DNA from: a virus
DNA: 64,000 nucleotides
Virus record (IMG/VR): IMGVR_UViG_3300050821_006606
Span: 2,960-66,959 of that record
Direction: 5' to 3' (one strand)
The position numbers and the translations under genes are program-made. The notes beneath the pieces were generated by a model. It did no database searches, was not told the origin of the DNA, and saw only the letters and a program-made list of their open reading frames with translations. Shown one piece after another: positions 48,295 through 57,658 of the stretch; position 1 is the first letter of the stretch; each line of letters begins with the position of its first letter.

Positions 48295-49028
48295 AAAATT
48301 CCCGTTATCCGTGGCGCGTCACGTTCGGCCTTGGGAACCGCCGCCTTCATCAGCCACGCGGCCGGATCAAGCGGCCGGGTTGATTCCGCATCGCGCAAAA
48401 TGCCGAGTACCTGCGCGCAATCGTCGTGAGAGGCTTTGAGCAATTTGCCCAGAAATGCTCGGGAGCGATGTTCTGGTTGGCCGAGAAGCGATCGGAGGAT
48501 GGTCAAACCCTCTCGCCACAATTCGGTCCTGACATCAAAAATCGATGCGGCCGCATCTGTCCGAAGGACAGAATCTTTCTCTTTCTCTTTCTCTCTCTCT
48601 TTCTCTGCTTTAACCGGAAATCCAACCCCATCTCGCGAGAACAGGTTAACCCCCTCATGACCGTTTTTGAGAACCGGATTTCCACCTTTCCTTCCGTTAA
48701 CCCTTGATTTTTCACGATTGTCATTATCGCGAACCATCCTTCGACAGTAGATAACTCCCTCGGAAGTCCGGCTGAACACACCCGCATCTTCGAGTTCACG
48801 CATCAGCTTCTTTATCTCTTTGACCGACGAACTACCCACGAACTGCATCACATCTCGCTCTGAAAGTGGCTTCATCTTCACCGCAAGATGGCCGTACGGA
48901 GTGGCGTTGTGCATGATGCAGAGAAGTTCCATCCACAGCCCTCGGGCCGCCAGACAGCATGTCCGGAGGCCGGGATCGCTCATCCATTTGTCAAAGTGCC
49001 ATTTCACCCACGGGACCGATTCAGTCAT
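48291..49028 (-). CDS. Phage replication initiator-like protein
   Basis: PWVKW..WMSDPGLR.C.LAARGLWMELLC.MH..GHL..ELEDAGVFSR..RRMVRD..GRKGGNP; EKEREKEKE linker. Confidence 0.75.
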   Translation of the reverse strand: MTESVPWVKWHFDKWMSDPGLRTCCLAARGLWMELLCIMHNATPYGHLAVKMKPLSERDVMQFVGSSSVKEIKKLMRELEDAGVFSRTSEGVIYCRRMVRDNDNREKSRVNGRKGGNPVLKNGHEGVNLFSRDGVGFPVKAEKEREKEKEKDSVLRTDAAASIFDVRTELWREGLTILRSLLGQPEHRSRAFLGKLLKASHDDCAQVLGILRDAESTRPLDPAAWLMKAAVPKAERDAPRITGIF

Positions 49029-49312
49029 TGGCCGAGTCCCTCCCGGATGGATTCGACCTGGGCGGCGAAATCGGGCCATTGCTTCATGAGCCATTTCACC
49101 TTGGCGACACCGGCCAGGATCGTTGTGTGATCCCGATTCCCGAACCGCCGGCCGATCTCGGGATAGCTGTGACCGGTGAGTTCCCGGGAAAAATACATCG
49201 CGACCTGTCTCGGACGCGCGACTCTCAAATGCCGGTCTTTCACGTGCATATCGATGATGCTGATGCCCATGGCATCCGCGACATGCTGCTGAATTTCAGC
49301 GATCGTAATCAT
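49025..49312 (-). CDS. DnaA C-terminal (domain IV) HTH protein
   Basis: IQQHVA..ARPRQVAMYFSRELTGHSYPEIGRRFGNRDHTTILAGVAKV. Confidence 0.9.
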   Translation of the reverse strand: MITIAEIQQHVADAMGISIIDMHVKDRHLRVARPRQVAMYFSRELTGHSYPEIGRRFGNRDHTTILAGVAKVKWLMKQWPDFAAQVESIREGLGQ

Positions 49313-49742
49313 AGACGCATCAACCCAATGGCCGCGAAATTATCCAATCGCCGGGAATTGGGACTTGCGGCTCGCCGAAATCGCCAATAGATATTGGCAC
49401 GGCATCAGCCGCCAGACCGCCTAACCGGTCGACTTTGCTCGGATGGTCGCGACAACCACCGGGCGTTCACGAACTTGACACCCCAGGAGCCAGCGCCGTC
49501 AAGCGCTGGTTTTCCTTGGTGTCATTCCGCCGCTTTCAGAGCTGCCGGAGCCGCTGGCATTTCAATCGCTTTGATGGCGAGACCGCGCGTCCGCAGGCTG
49601 GCGAGCAGCTTGAACGCCCTGTGTTGTCCGGTGCCGGCATCGTCCATGGCCGATTCGATCGCGCTAACGAATCCAAGAACGAGATCGCCGTCGAGTGATG
49701 GAGTAGACATTGGGATTTCCTCGCACATGGTCAGATTCAGGG

Positions 49743-50498
49743 TCATGAGTTACCTCGGTGTTGGCGGATTGCGAAAGGCGCGAGTTGAAGTTGCCGGCGC
49801 TTGGAATTGACGCGTTCCAGGTCGAGCTTCCCGGTGACGATGCCGCGTTCGGCGCCCCAGCGCTGCGCCTGGGCGGCGTCGACCATGATCGGCTCACCAC
49901 TCGCCGCGGAGATGCCGTTGACGGCCTGACGCGCTTCGGGAGCGGTGCGCAGGACCGGCGGAACCACCTTCGGAACCGGCAGTCTGGTCTCGATGGTGGT
50001 CTTTGGTATCTCTGGCGCGGGAGTGGCCGCCTGGGGAGGAACTGGGCGAGCGGATTTCGCAATTCCCCACTGGATCGCGTATGCACCCAGTTGTTTTTCC
50101 GGTATCTGTCCGCCGGGCAAAGCATTCAGCGCGTCGAGGATTTCCTTGCGTGTCGGTGCCGGATTGCCGGGTGTTCCCGGTCGGTGCCATAACTCTCTGA
50201 GCAACTCCACGCGTTCGGGCGTCTTTTGCCGGGTGTTTTTCGGAAATGTCGCGGTGACCGTTGGTTTGGGAGCGACAGCCGGCTGAGGCGGCTCTTTCGC
50301 CGGCGGTGCTGGAGTGATAGCTGGCGGAGCCGGCCTCTCCGTCGGCTTCGCCAGCACCTCAGTCGTCTCTTCATAGACGTTGATCGCATCCGTCAGAGCG
50401 GCGACGATTTTCTGATATCGATTACGCCACGCGCGCATTTGCGCGATGAAAAGCTCGTCGGATTTTGACGCGGAATGGCTCACGTCACCCGTGGCCAT
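49743..50498 (-). CDS. Pro-rich protein with GcrA-like HTH segment
   Basis: TPERVELLRELW resembles the GcrA N-terminal WTDERVE.LKKLW motif. Confidence 0.45.
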   Translation of the reverse strand: MATGDVSHSASKSDELFIAQMRAWRNRYQKIVAALTDAINVYEETTEVLAKPTERPAPPAITPAPPAKEPPQPAVAPKPTVTATFPKNTRQKTPERVELLRELWHRPGTPGNPAPTRKEILDALNALPGGQIPEKQLGAYAIQWGIAKSARPVPPQAATPAPEIPKTTIETRLPVPKVVPPVLRTAPEARQAVNGISAASGEPIMVDAAQAQRWGAERGIVTGKLDLERVNSKRRQLQLAPFAIRQHRGNS

Positions 50499-51303
50499 AG
50501 AAAAGGATTCTCACGTGCGATAGCTCCGGCTTCCAGCATATCCCGCACGTGACGCAGTGGTTCGTGTTCCCGATCTCTTGGGGACAGACCATGGAATTCG
50601 TCTTCGGATCGAACGATGTCCGCGCTGGCTTTTCCCAGACCGTAGTCACCTGATCCGGCGCGTAGGGAGCATCTACGGCGACCGAAAAACGGACATGCCA
50701 CCGGTCAGAAGCATTGAGTTCCGCGATCACTTGGCCGATGACGCTTTCTCTCAGATGCGCGGTGAATCCCCAGACATGAAGCTCCGGATGGAGGCCGAGC
50801 CATGCCGACCATTGGCGGACATATTCAAGATCCGGAAAGTCACCCAGTACATGAAGGCGAACAGAGAAGCCTTTGGGATGTTTGAACGAAAGGTGCCAAA
50901 GTTCGCCGTCCAGACTACGCATGAGTGAATCATTGTGCCGAAATCGTACTGCGACCGGCATTTTCGATCCATAGCATTCCCGCCATACAGCACAGGACCG
51001 AGGGCACGTCGCCCTCTCTTCGAGGGATAGGGTGTACTGCCTTAGACCAGCCCACCGTCCAACCACGATCCGGTTGCCGATCTTGGCATTATTGAAACCA
51101 GGGATCAGACAATGATCACGCTCGCTGGCATCGAACACATAAGACGGATGGACAGAATGTCCCTCAATGACAGCCGGATTGTTCGCTCTAAGCGAGACCC
51201 GGGAGCGCGCTGTCGGCTCCGTCATTGGCGGATTGAGGTATCTCGCCTGTCCGCCGACGGCGTACGCGCGGCGGTTGCTCCCCATCGCTCTTCCGGTCGC
51301 CAT
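50485..51303 (-). CDS. GP88-like Cys-cluster protein
   Basis: NAKIG..LSL..ATCPRSC....CY..RLHVLGDF..WGFT..C..CGIC. Confidence 0.65.
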   Translation of the reverse strand: MATGRAMGSNRRAYAVGGQARYLNPPMTEPTARSRVSLRANNPAVIEGHSVHPSYVFDASERDHCLIPGFNNAKIGNRIVVGRWAGLRQYTLSLEERATCPRSCAVWRECYGSKMPVAVRFRHNDSLMRSLDGELWHLSFKHPKGFSVRLHVLGDFPDLEYVRQWSAWLGLHPELHVWGFTAHLRESVIGQVIAELNASDRWHVRFSVAVDAPYAPDQVTTVWEKPARTSFDPKTNSMVCPQEIGNTNHCVTCGICWKPELSHVRILFYGHG

Positions 51304-51856
51304 GAGATATCCATCCTCCAGTGAAAGGTCCAGTATGTGATCGATCAAAAACGTACCAGCAATATGCGGTGCTCGGATGATTCCCGGGCATTTCGACGCC
51401 GCCCGGAGGCACCCGGATGCGGTCTCGGAACTGCCACATCCTGACCAGATGGCCGCGCGACCAGAGCATTTTATGCCGCTTCACACCTTCGAGCCATGTG
51501 GTCTTTTCCAGGATCGCGATCTTGCCCGGGATAATCTTCAGCGCGTGTAAGGCGAATTGCAGGCTTTTGTCGTACGGCGGGTTGAGCACCGCGTTCGGCG
51601 CCAGCGGGTCACCATTGTACAGAAGGAAATCCATGCAACGCAGCATCGGGCCGTAACCGCGGTCTACCAGATCGGTTCCGACCGTCTGGTAGCCATGCTC
51701 TATAAGTGTCTGAGGTATATTGCCTTCGCCGCAACTTGGATCCCAGACTGAGCCGCTGAATTGCTCGACCTCCAGCAGACACTCGACCGTCCGGCGGTCC
51801 TCCTGGTAGAAATCGTGTGCGTTGCGGACATAACCGGATGCTCTGGTTGCCATCAA
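51188..51856 (-). CDS. Amino-DNA methyltransferase-like protein
   Basis: HDFY..VWDPSCGEGNI..TDLVDRGY..DFL..NPPY..AYCWYVFD. Confidence 0.78.
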   Translation of the reverse strand: MMATRASGYVRNAHDFYQEDRRTVECLLEVEQFSGSVWDPSCGEGNIPQTLIEHGYQTVGTDLVDRGYGPMLRCMDFLLYNGDPLAPNAVLNPPYDKSLQFALHALKIIPGKIAILEKTTWLEGVKRHKMLWSRGHLVRMWQFRDRIRVPPGGVEMPGNHPSTAYCWYVFDRSHTGPFTGGWISHGDRKSDGEQPPRVRRRRTGEIPQSANDGADSALPGLA

Positions 51857-52395
51857 GCGGGCCGCCGTTTTCTGCCGAGCATCTCGTGCCTCATCCCAAC
51901 CTCGTATCCCCAGACCACAGCCGCGTCTCGAGCATTGTCGTCACCGATCGACCACCCCATGGAACGTACCCACGGCTCGATGATCGCCTTTTTCACAGTG
52001 AGCCGTGGACGCACACGCTTTTCGTCCTCGGTCAGTCGCGTCCGGCCGATGACGGCGCCACGAAGCGTATCGATGCTGTGCGAGACAATCTCGATTTGTG
52101 CCCGGAACGCGCATCCGCGAGCCGCGAACGGGAGTCCGTAATTGTATTCACAGGTCTCACGGCTCCCCTGAAGGTCCGGCGCGAGGGGCGCTTCATAGGA
52201 GATCAGGTCCGGCCGTTCGTTTTCGAGGAATTCGTCCAGCCAATCCTCAAACGTCGCGCAGCAGGCGCCAAGGCCGTCCTCCTTTGGAAGCTCCCGCATC
52301 CCCCATCGAGGAGCGTCGCCTGGTCTGCCCAAAGCCCAGCCAACCTTCGGAGAAAGGTCGAGGCCTAGAACAAGGCCGGGCGCGAGCTTGCTCAC
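51853..52395 (-). CDS. RuvC-like Holliday junction resolvase
   Basis: VLGLDLS..GWA..ISYEAP..DDNARDAAVVW. Confidence 0.75.
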   Translation of the reverse strand: MSKLAPGLVLGLDLSPKVGWALGRPGDAPRWGMRELPKEDGLGACCATFEDWLDEFLENERPDLISYEAPLAPDLQGSRETCEYNYGLPFAARGCAFRAQIEIVSHSIDTLRGAVIGRTRLTEDEKRVRPRLTVKKAIIEPWVRSMGWSIGDDNARDAAVVWGYEVGMRHEMLGRKRRPA

Positions 52396-53036
52396 TGAAT
52401 GGTGCCGGCTTCCGCCTGCACAGCTTCCCGGAGCGCTTTGGCCGCGGCTTTTTCCTCAGGGGTCATCGGCTTGCGGCCACGGCGCGGCCCTGGCGTCGCT
52501 GTGCCGGTCTCGACATTCTCGGCGGTGGGTTTGGTCTTCTTCAGCTTCCAACCTTCCGCATGCCCCTCCAGCCAGCCCACAAACTCAGGAGAGCCTGGGT
52601 TGCTCTGGTACGGATTGCTTGCCGTATTGAACCCGCGCTTGCCCGCGCTGAAACCCTGCTTCTGGGCACGCGCCATGCGGAGCCGCTCAGCCACTTCACC
52701 CGATGCCGCGGTGAAATCGAGATCAGCCTGTTTGACGCTCATCGTCCAGGTATCGTCCGCCGGCGGCGGAATAACTTCGGCCGCAGTCGCGTACTGGGTC
52801 AGGCCATGGATATAGGCCAGCGCCTCATCCGGGTCTTTGCGAGCCAGCTTGTTGAGGCCGGCGAGGAGTTCCCGGTCAACACCCTGCGCCTCGTATCTGC
52901 TGATGGCAGCGCCCTTCCGGCCAGCGATCGACGCCATTTGGGTGTCGTAATTCATCAGTTCGGTGAGCGCTTCGGCGATCAGCGCGGCCGGGACGTTGGA
53001 CTTTTGGTCCTCTGCCGTGCCGTTTCCTTTTGCCAT
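52392..53036 (-). CDS. GapR-like N-domain fused to RMF-like motif
   Basis: ..AQGVDRELL..L.KLARKDPDE..L.QY; RAQKQGFSAGKRG..NPYQ..WLEGHAEG. Confidence 0.55.
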   Translation of the reverse strand: MAKGNGTAEDQKSNVPAALIAEALTELMNYDTQMASIAGRKGAAISRYEAQGVDRELLAGLNKLARKDPDEALAYIHGLTQYATAAEVIPPPADDTWTMSVKQADLDFTAASGEVAERLRMARAQKQGFSAGKRGFNTASNPYQSNPGSPEFVGWLEGHAEGWKLKKTKPTAENVETGTATPGPRRGRKPMTPEEKAAAKALREAVQAEAGTIQ

Positions 53037-53064
53037 GGATTCCATCCTTGTTTGGGGTTCCGAA

Positions 53065-53265
53065 TTACGCTTTTTTGGCCTCGAAAACGGATTCGGCAAG
53101 TGTCGCTCGATATTCCGGGCTGATGTCGGCATAGGTCCGCAAGGCGCGGCTGATCACGCGCTGCTGTGGCCGGTCTTCGGCCGAGGAAATTGCCCGGAGG
53201 AGGTCGCCGTCTTCGTCCGAGACCCAGACAGCGGTGCCTTTGCGTCTTGATGGTTGTGTGTCCAT
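53065..53265 (-). CDS. Ribbon-helix-helix regulator
   Basis: TAVWVSDEDGDLLRAIS..RPQQRVISRALRTY. Confidence 0.6.
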   Translation of the reverse strand: MDTQPSRRKGTAVWVSDEDGDLLRAISSAEDRPQQRVISRALRTYADISPEYRATLAESVFEAKKA

Positions 53266-53350
53266 GATGGCCGGATAAGGCATTTCGGATAATTTCGTCA
53301 AGCGGTGATTTTCACGCTTGCATTTTGCAATTCTCGCGAGCAATTTCCCG
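53266..53350. promoter_or_regulatory. Divergent promoter region with TTATCCG direct repeats
   Basis: Minus TTGACG-17-TTATCC with two TTATCCG; plus TTGCAT-17-CAATTT. Confidence 0.55.
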
Positions 53351-53372
53351 GCGGCCGAAATAGGAGGTCTGA

Positions 53373-54741
53373 TGTGAAAGATTGGCGCCGTCGGGACGAT
53401 CTCAGGGTCTGGCACCCGCGTAACGTGGTCACAGACCTGATTGCCGTTGCCTGCCTCCTGGGCTCGGGTCCGGTGGGGTATTTGTTCATAAGGTTACTGC
53501 CATGAGAATGGTGATAGTTCCCAATTGTGTGCGCGACGCGATCGACGCAGCCCTGGATAAAGCTATCGCAGAGTGCCCAGGCGCACAGCGAGACAGGGAA
53601 ATGCTGTTCGGTCAATTGTTGGACTATTTTGACGAGCATGGCGTTGTGCCGGATTTCCGGATTACGCCTCCGGCGGATGGCTCACGATGAGCGGCCTGAC
53701 AAAAGAATGCCCTCACTGTGAGGAGGGCATCATCTGGCGTTCCCGCTACGGTGGGAATGACCCGGACACGCGGCCGGTCGGCTGTGAGCAGTGCGACGGC
53801 GAGGGTAATATGCCGATCTACTGCGAGGGCTGGCACAAGGACGGCGACCACGAAGCGGTTGAGATCGTCGATGGGATGCCGGCTTGCGCGGTGCACGCGG
53901 CCGAATGGAAAGCCGAGGCGTCAACGTGATCGTCAGGCAACTCGACAGCTACTACTGGAATGGCGTCCGAGCGTGGCTCATTGCGGCTTATGACGAGCGT
54001 CGAAAGTTGATGGCGAGATACGCCAGTCTGGTCCGGCAGTCACATCCCAATACCTTCGGGCAGGGACGATTGATCGAACTTAATCAAGAGTGGATTTCCC
54101 GACTTGAAGACGAATTCGATAAGCGGTCGGTGCCGCCTGACGAAGCGAAGGAGACGACCTGATGGGCAAGCTGACCGCCGACGACATCCACGAAATTCTC
54201 CACGAGTTGAACGTGGCGAAAAACTGCCAGGCCTCAATCGAGAGGGTCAGCCCGAATTTACGAGCCCTCACCGATATGTCGGCGAACCATATCGATAAGG
54301 CGATCAGGCGGCTTCTCCGCGCCTCCTTGGCCGCCGTCGAGATCGAAGAAGGTCCGCAGCCGATCGGCGCGATCGTCGACCCGATCCTGGAGCGGGCGCG
54401 GCGGCTGTCGCATGTTGAGGGACCGCTGACCAATGGCTGACCGTCATTTCCTGGAGCAACTCATGAAGCGCCTCGCCGATGAGGGGAAGCTGATTGAGGC
54501 CGGCTGGGTCGCGATGCGGCTTGCCGTAATCCCGCTCGATGCTCCGGCGATCCAACTCCAGGAAATGCGTCGAGCGTATATGCTTGGTGCCCAGCATCTG
54601 TTCACGAGCATGATGGGAATGCTCGATCCCGGTCCCGATGAGACGCCGGACGACATTCGGCGCATGGAATTGATCGCTCAGGAACTCGATACGTTCCGGG
54701 ATGAAATGCTGATGGCCGCGAAGACCAAGGGAACCGCGTGA
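53373..54741 (+). other. Six small hypothetical ORFs (incl. 53502-53690, 53687-53929 Zn-finger, 54162-54440, 54433-54741)
   Basis: Coupled ORFs after GGAGG RBS. Confidence 0.6.
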
Positions 54742-55604
54742 TGATCCACCTGACTGACAAAGATCCCAACGTGGTTGAGGCCGAGACGCTGCCGCCCGCT
54801 GCCCAGGACGTGGCCGTTCGGCAGGAAACTCCGATCGCTACCTTGCCGCCGCAATCGACGATCGATTTCGGTAGCATCTTGGCCCAGATGCTCGAAAAAT
54901 GCAGCGACCCACAATTCGACGAAAAGAAACTCGTCGTTATGACGAATGTCGTCAGGGAATGGCGACAAGACGACGCGAAGCAATGGTTCGCTCGGGACAT
55001 GGCCTCTGCGCAGGCCGAGATGCAGCCGGTAGTGCGCGCGGCGGAAGTCCAATTGGGCAAACCCGGCGAAAATAAAGGCAGCTACAAATACGCCGACATT
55101 TCCGATATCGACGAGATGCTTCGGCCGATCATGACCAAATACGGTTTCTCGGTCACCTATGACCGCAAGCCACGCACAGGCGATGGCGGCGGCCTGGAAA
55201 TCATCGGTACGCTCTGGCACCGCGGAGGGCATTCGATCACCGCGAGTTTTCCGCTAGCATTGGACAGCGGTCCAGGCCGCAGCAACGCACAGGCCGGAGG
55301 GAGCACAGACACCTACGGGCGTAAATACATCCTGCTCGGGTTTTTCAATGTCGTCCGTAAGAACGAGGATAATGATGGCACCGATACCGGCGGATCGAAC
55401 CTCACCCGTGAGCAAGCCCTCGAAATCAAAACCCTGGTCGATGAGGCCGAGGTCGACCCGAGATCGTGGTTCTCTGACATGCTCAGCTACGAGATCAAGC
55501 AGTACCTGGAAATCCACCAGGAGGATTTCATCCGGCTGAAGCGTGCGCTCATGAGCGTCCGCGACGCCAATGCCCGGGAACAAGCGGAGGGATTGAAGCT
55601 GTGA
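54738..55604 (+). CDS. ERF-family single-strand annealing protein
   Basis: YKYADISDI..RPIMTKYGFSV..LWHRGGH..D..AQAGGSTDTYGRKY..EDNDG. Confidence 0.88.
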   Translation: MMIHLTDKDPNVVEAETLPPAAQDVAVRQETPIATLPPQSTIDFGSILAQMLEKCSDPQFDEKKLVVMTNVVREWRQDDAKQWFARDMASAQAEMQPVVRAAEVQLGKPGENKGSYKYADISDIDEMLRPIMTKYGFSVTYDRKPRTGDGGGLEIIGTLWHRGGHSITASFPLALDSGPGRSNAQAGGSTDTYGRKYILLGFFNVVRKNEDNDGTDTGGSNLTREQALEIKTLVDEAEVDPRSWFSDMLSYEIKQYLEIHQEDFIRLKRALMSVRDANAREQAEGLKL

Positions 55605-56347
55605 ACGATCTCCGCACACCGACATTCGTTTTCGATGTCGAACAAGGCAGTGAGGAGTGGCGGCGCCTCCGCATGGGCAAGGCGACCGCCAGCAATTTCA
55701 ATCGGATCGTGACCGAGGTAAAGGGCGAATACGCCTCTGGCGTAGATAAGTATGCCCGCGAGGTCGCGATCCAGCGGATGATCATGGAGGACACCGAGCA
55801 ACCGAAAGACGGTCTGCGGTGGATTGAGCGCGGCAAAGTACTCGAGCCAGATGCCGTGAAGCATTATGAAAAGGTGCGCGGTCGGACGACCAAGGCGATT
55901 GGCCTAGTGATTTCCGCCGATGGCGCCCGCGCTTGCTCACCGGACAGGATCAGCGCCGATCATCTTTGGGGCGTCGAGATAAAATGTCCCAGTGGTCCGG
56001 AGCATTTGGAATATATGGACGACGCCAAGAAGGGCGGTGCTGGTCCAGGTACGGCATACCGCTGGCAGGTTCTTGGCTCAATACTCGTCGCCGGCTTTGA
56101 TGGCTGGTCGTTCGTCTCGTATCATCCCAATCTCCGCGAGGTGATCGTCACCTACAAGCGGGAGAACTTCGAAAAGGAGTTGAAGCTCCTGGATGACTGC
56201 CTGAACCGCTTCGAGGAGACCGTGCAGCGGTATTGTAACCTGATCCGCCGCGAGGGTTTCATCGACCCGCGGACGCAGACGCCGACCAGGGCCGAGGCCG
56301 AATGGGCGAAGTTGTTGGAAGCGGATCCGAATTTGTGGGCACTATAG
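55601..56347 (+). CDS. YqaJ/lambda-type exonuclease
   Basis: EQGSEEWRRLRMGKATAS..ERGKVLEP..CSPD..VEIKCP..WQV. Confidence 0.9.
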   Translation: MNDLRTPTFVFDVEQGSEEWRRLRMGKATASNFNRIVTEVKGEYASGVDKYAREVAIQRMIMEDTEQPKDGLRWIERGKVLEPDAVKHYEKVRGRTTKAIGLVISADGARACSPDRISADHLWGVEIKCPSGPEHLEYMDDAKKGGAGPGTAYRWQVLGSILVAGFDGWSFVSYHPNLREVIVTYKRENFEKELKLLDDCLNRFEETVQRYCNLIRREGFIDPRTQTPTRAEAEWAKLLEADPNLWAL

Positions 56348-56351
56348 CCTG

Positions 56352-56528
56352 ATGGCCAGCGACATCATCGACATCGCCGGAGAGATCCACGGCGAGACGG
56401 ACAAAGCCTATCGGTTCCATGATGGCGTTCGGACCGTTTGGTTGCCCAAGAACCAGTGTGAATGGGACGCTGACAACAAGACCATGGCGATGCCCGAATG
56501 GTTGGCTCAGGAGAAGGAATTGATTTGA
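56352..56528 (+). CDS. Small conserved phage protein (not in track)
   Basis: ETDKAYRFHDG..VWLPKNQCE..MPEWLAQEKELI. Confidence 0.65.
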   Translation: MASDIIDIAGEIHGETDKAYRFHDGVRTVWLPKNQCEWDADNKTMAMPEWLAQEKELI

Positions 56529-56971
56529 TGGCCACTTCACTCAATAAGGTCTGCTTGCTCGGGAATGTCGGAAAAGATCCCGAGATCAGGAACACCCAAA
56601 ACGGCAATCAGATCGCCAATCTCACCTTGGCTACCTCGGAATCCTGGAAGGAAAAATCCTCGGGCGAGCGCAAAGAGCGCACTGAATGGCATAAAATTAC
56701 CGTTTGGAACCAGCACCTGATCCCGGTGATCGAGAAGTACGTGAAGAAGGGATCGAAGCTCTACATCGAGGGCACGCTTCAGACCCACAAGTGGCAGGCC
56801 CAGGACGGCACCGAGCGCTATACGACCGAGGTGGTGCTCAACAATTTCGGAGGCGTCCTGCTCCTGCTGTCCGATTCCCGTGGCGGAGGTTCATCCGAAC
56901 CGTCCGCCCGAGCGCCGGCCAAGAACGAGAAGCAGCGATACGATGATCTCGACGAAGAAATCCCATTTTAG
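56528..56971 (+). CDS. ssb: Single-stranded DNA-binding protein
   Basis: LNKVCLLGNVGKDPEIR..ATSESW..ERTEWH..KGSKLYIEG..DDLDEEIPF. Confidence 0.95.
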   Translation: MATSLNKVCLLGNVGKDPEIRNTQNGNQIANLTLATSESWKEKSSGERKERTEWHKITVWNQHLIPVIEKYVKKGSKLYIEGTLQTHKWQAQDGTERYTTEVVLNNFGGVLLLLSDSRGGGSSEPSARAPAKNEKQRYDDLDEEIPF

Positions 56972-56981
56972 GGGGTTGCTG

Positions 56982-57365
56982 ATGGTCGCCTATTCATTCA
57001 AGCAGCAATTCGTCGAGCCGATCCGCTCTGGGAGCAAGCGGCAAACGATCCGGGCCGACCGCAAACGCCATGCGCGCCCCGGCGAAAGCATCAGTCTTTA
57101 CACCGGGATGCGGACGAAACACTGCAAGCTGATCGGCGTGGCGGAATGTATCGCCGTCGAGCCTATCAGGATGATCCTCGGCCCCCTTGGGTCGGTCGAA
57201 ATCTCAGGCATCGAATGGTCTGGCACACTGGACCAGTTCGCCCAGACCGATGGATTTCAGAAGTGGGATGATCTGCTCTATTTCTGGGAGTTGAACCACG
57301 CTGAGTTGTCCGATTTCAGCGGACAACTGATCCGTTGGGACAAGTTTGACCCATGGAAGTCGTGA
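56982..57365 (+). CDS. ASCH/PUA-like protein
   Basis: MVAYSFKQQFVEPIRSGSKRQTIR..LYTGMRTK..FAQTDGF. Confidence 0.7.
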   Translation: MVAYSFKQQFVEPIRSGSKRQTIRADRKRHARPGESISLYTGMRTKHCKLIGVAECIAVEPIRMILGPLGSVEISGIEWSGTLDQFAQTDGFQKWDDLLYFWELNHAELSDFSGQLIRWDKFDPWKS

Positions 57366-57658
57366 TCACCGTCCTCGCCTCGCCGTTCGGCATTCTCCCG
57401 GCGGCGATTTTGGTGCTGCTGGTGATGCTGCCGTTTCTCAGAGACAGGAGCGCCGGATGACATCGGGACATGATGATCCGGACCATTCGGTCCCTCCCTA
57501 CGGCGCCGATCTCCTTACGCCATCTTCTGCCGTGTGCCGCGCGATGGCCAGATTCCATCGCGCACTGGCCCGTCGAGCCATGAGCCGCCAGGATTTTACG
57601 AGTGTTTCTCAGGAACTTCGTTGCGCCGCTCTCTGGGACGGCGCCGCCGCCAAAGCAT

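Noticed and set aside
48570-48610. CT-rich microsatellite
   Set aside because: Encodes the EKEREKEKEK linker common in phage initiators
51188-51348. Programmed frameshift fusing the methyltransferase and GP88-like genes
   Set aside because: No clear slippery site; the overlap is explained by C-terminal run-on and an internal ATG at 51303
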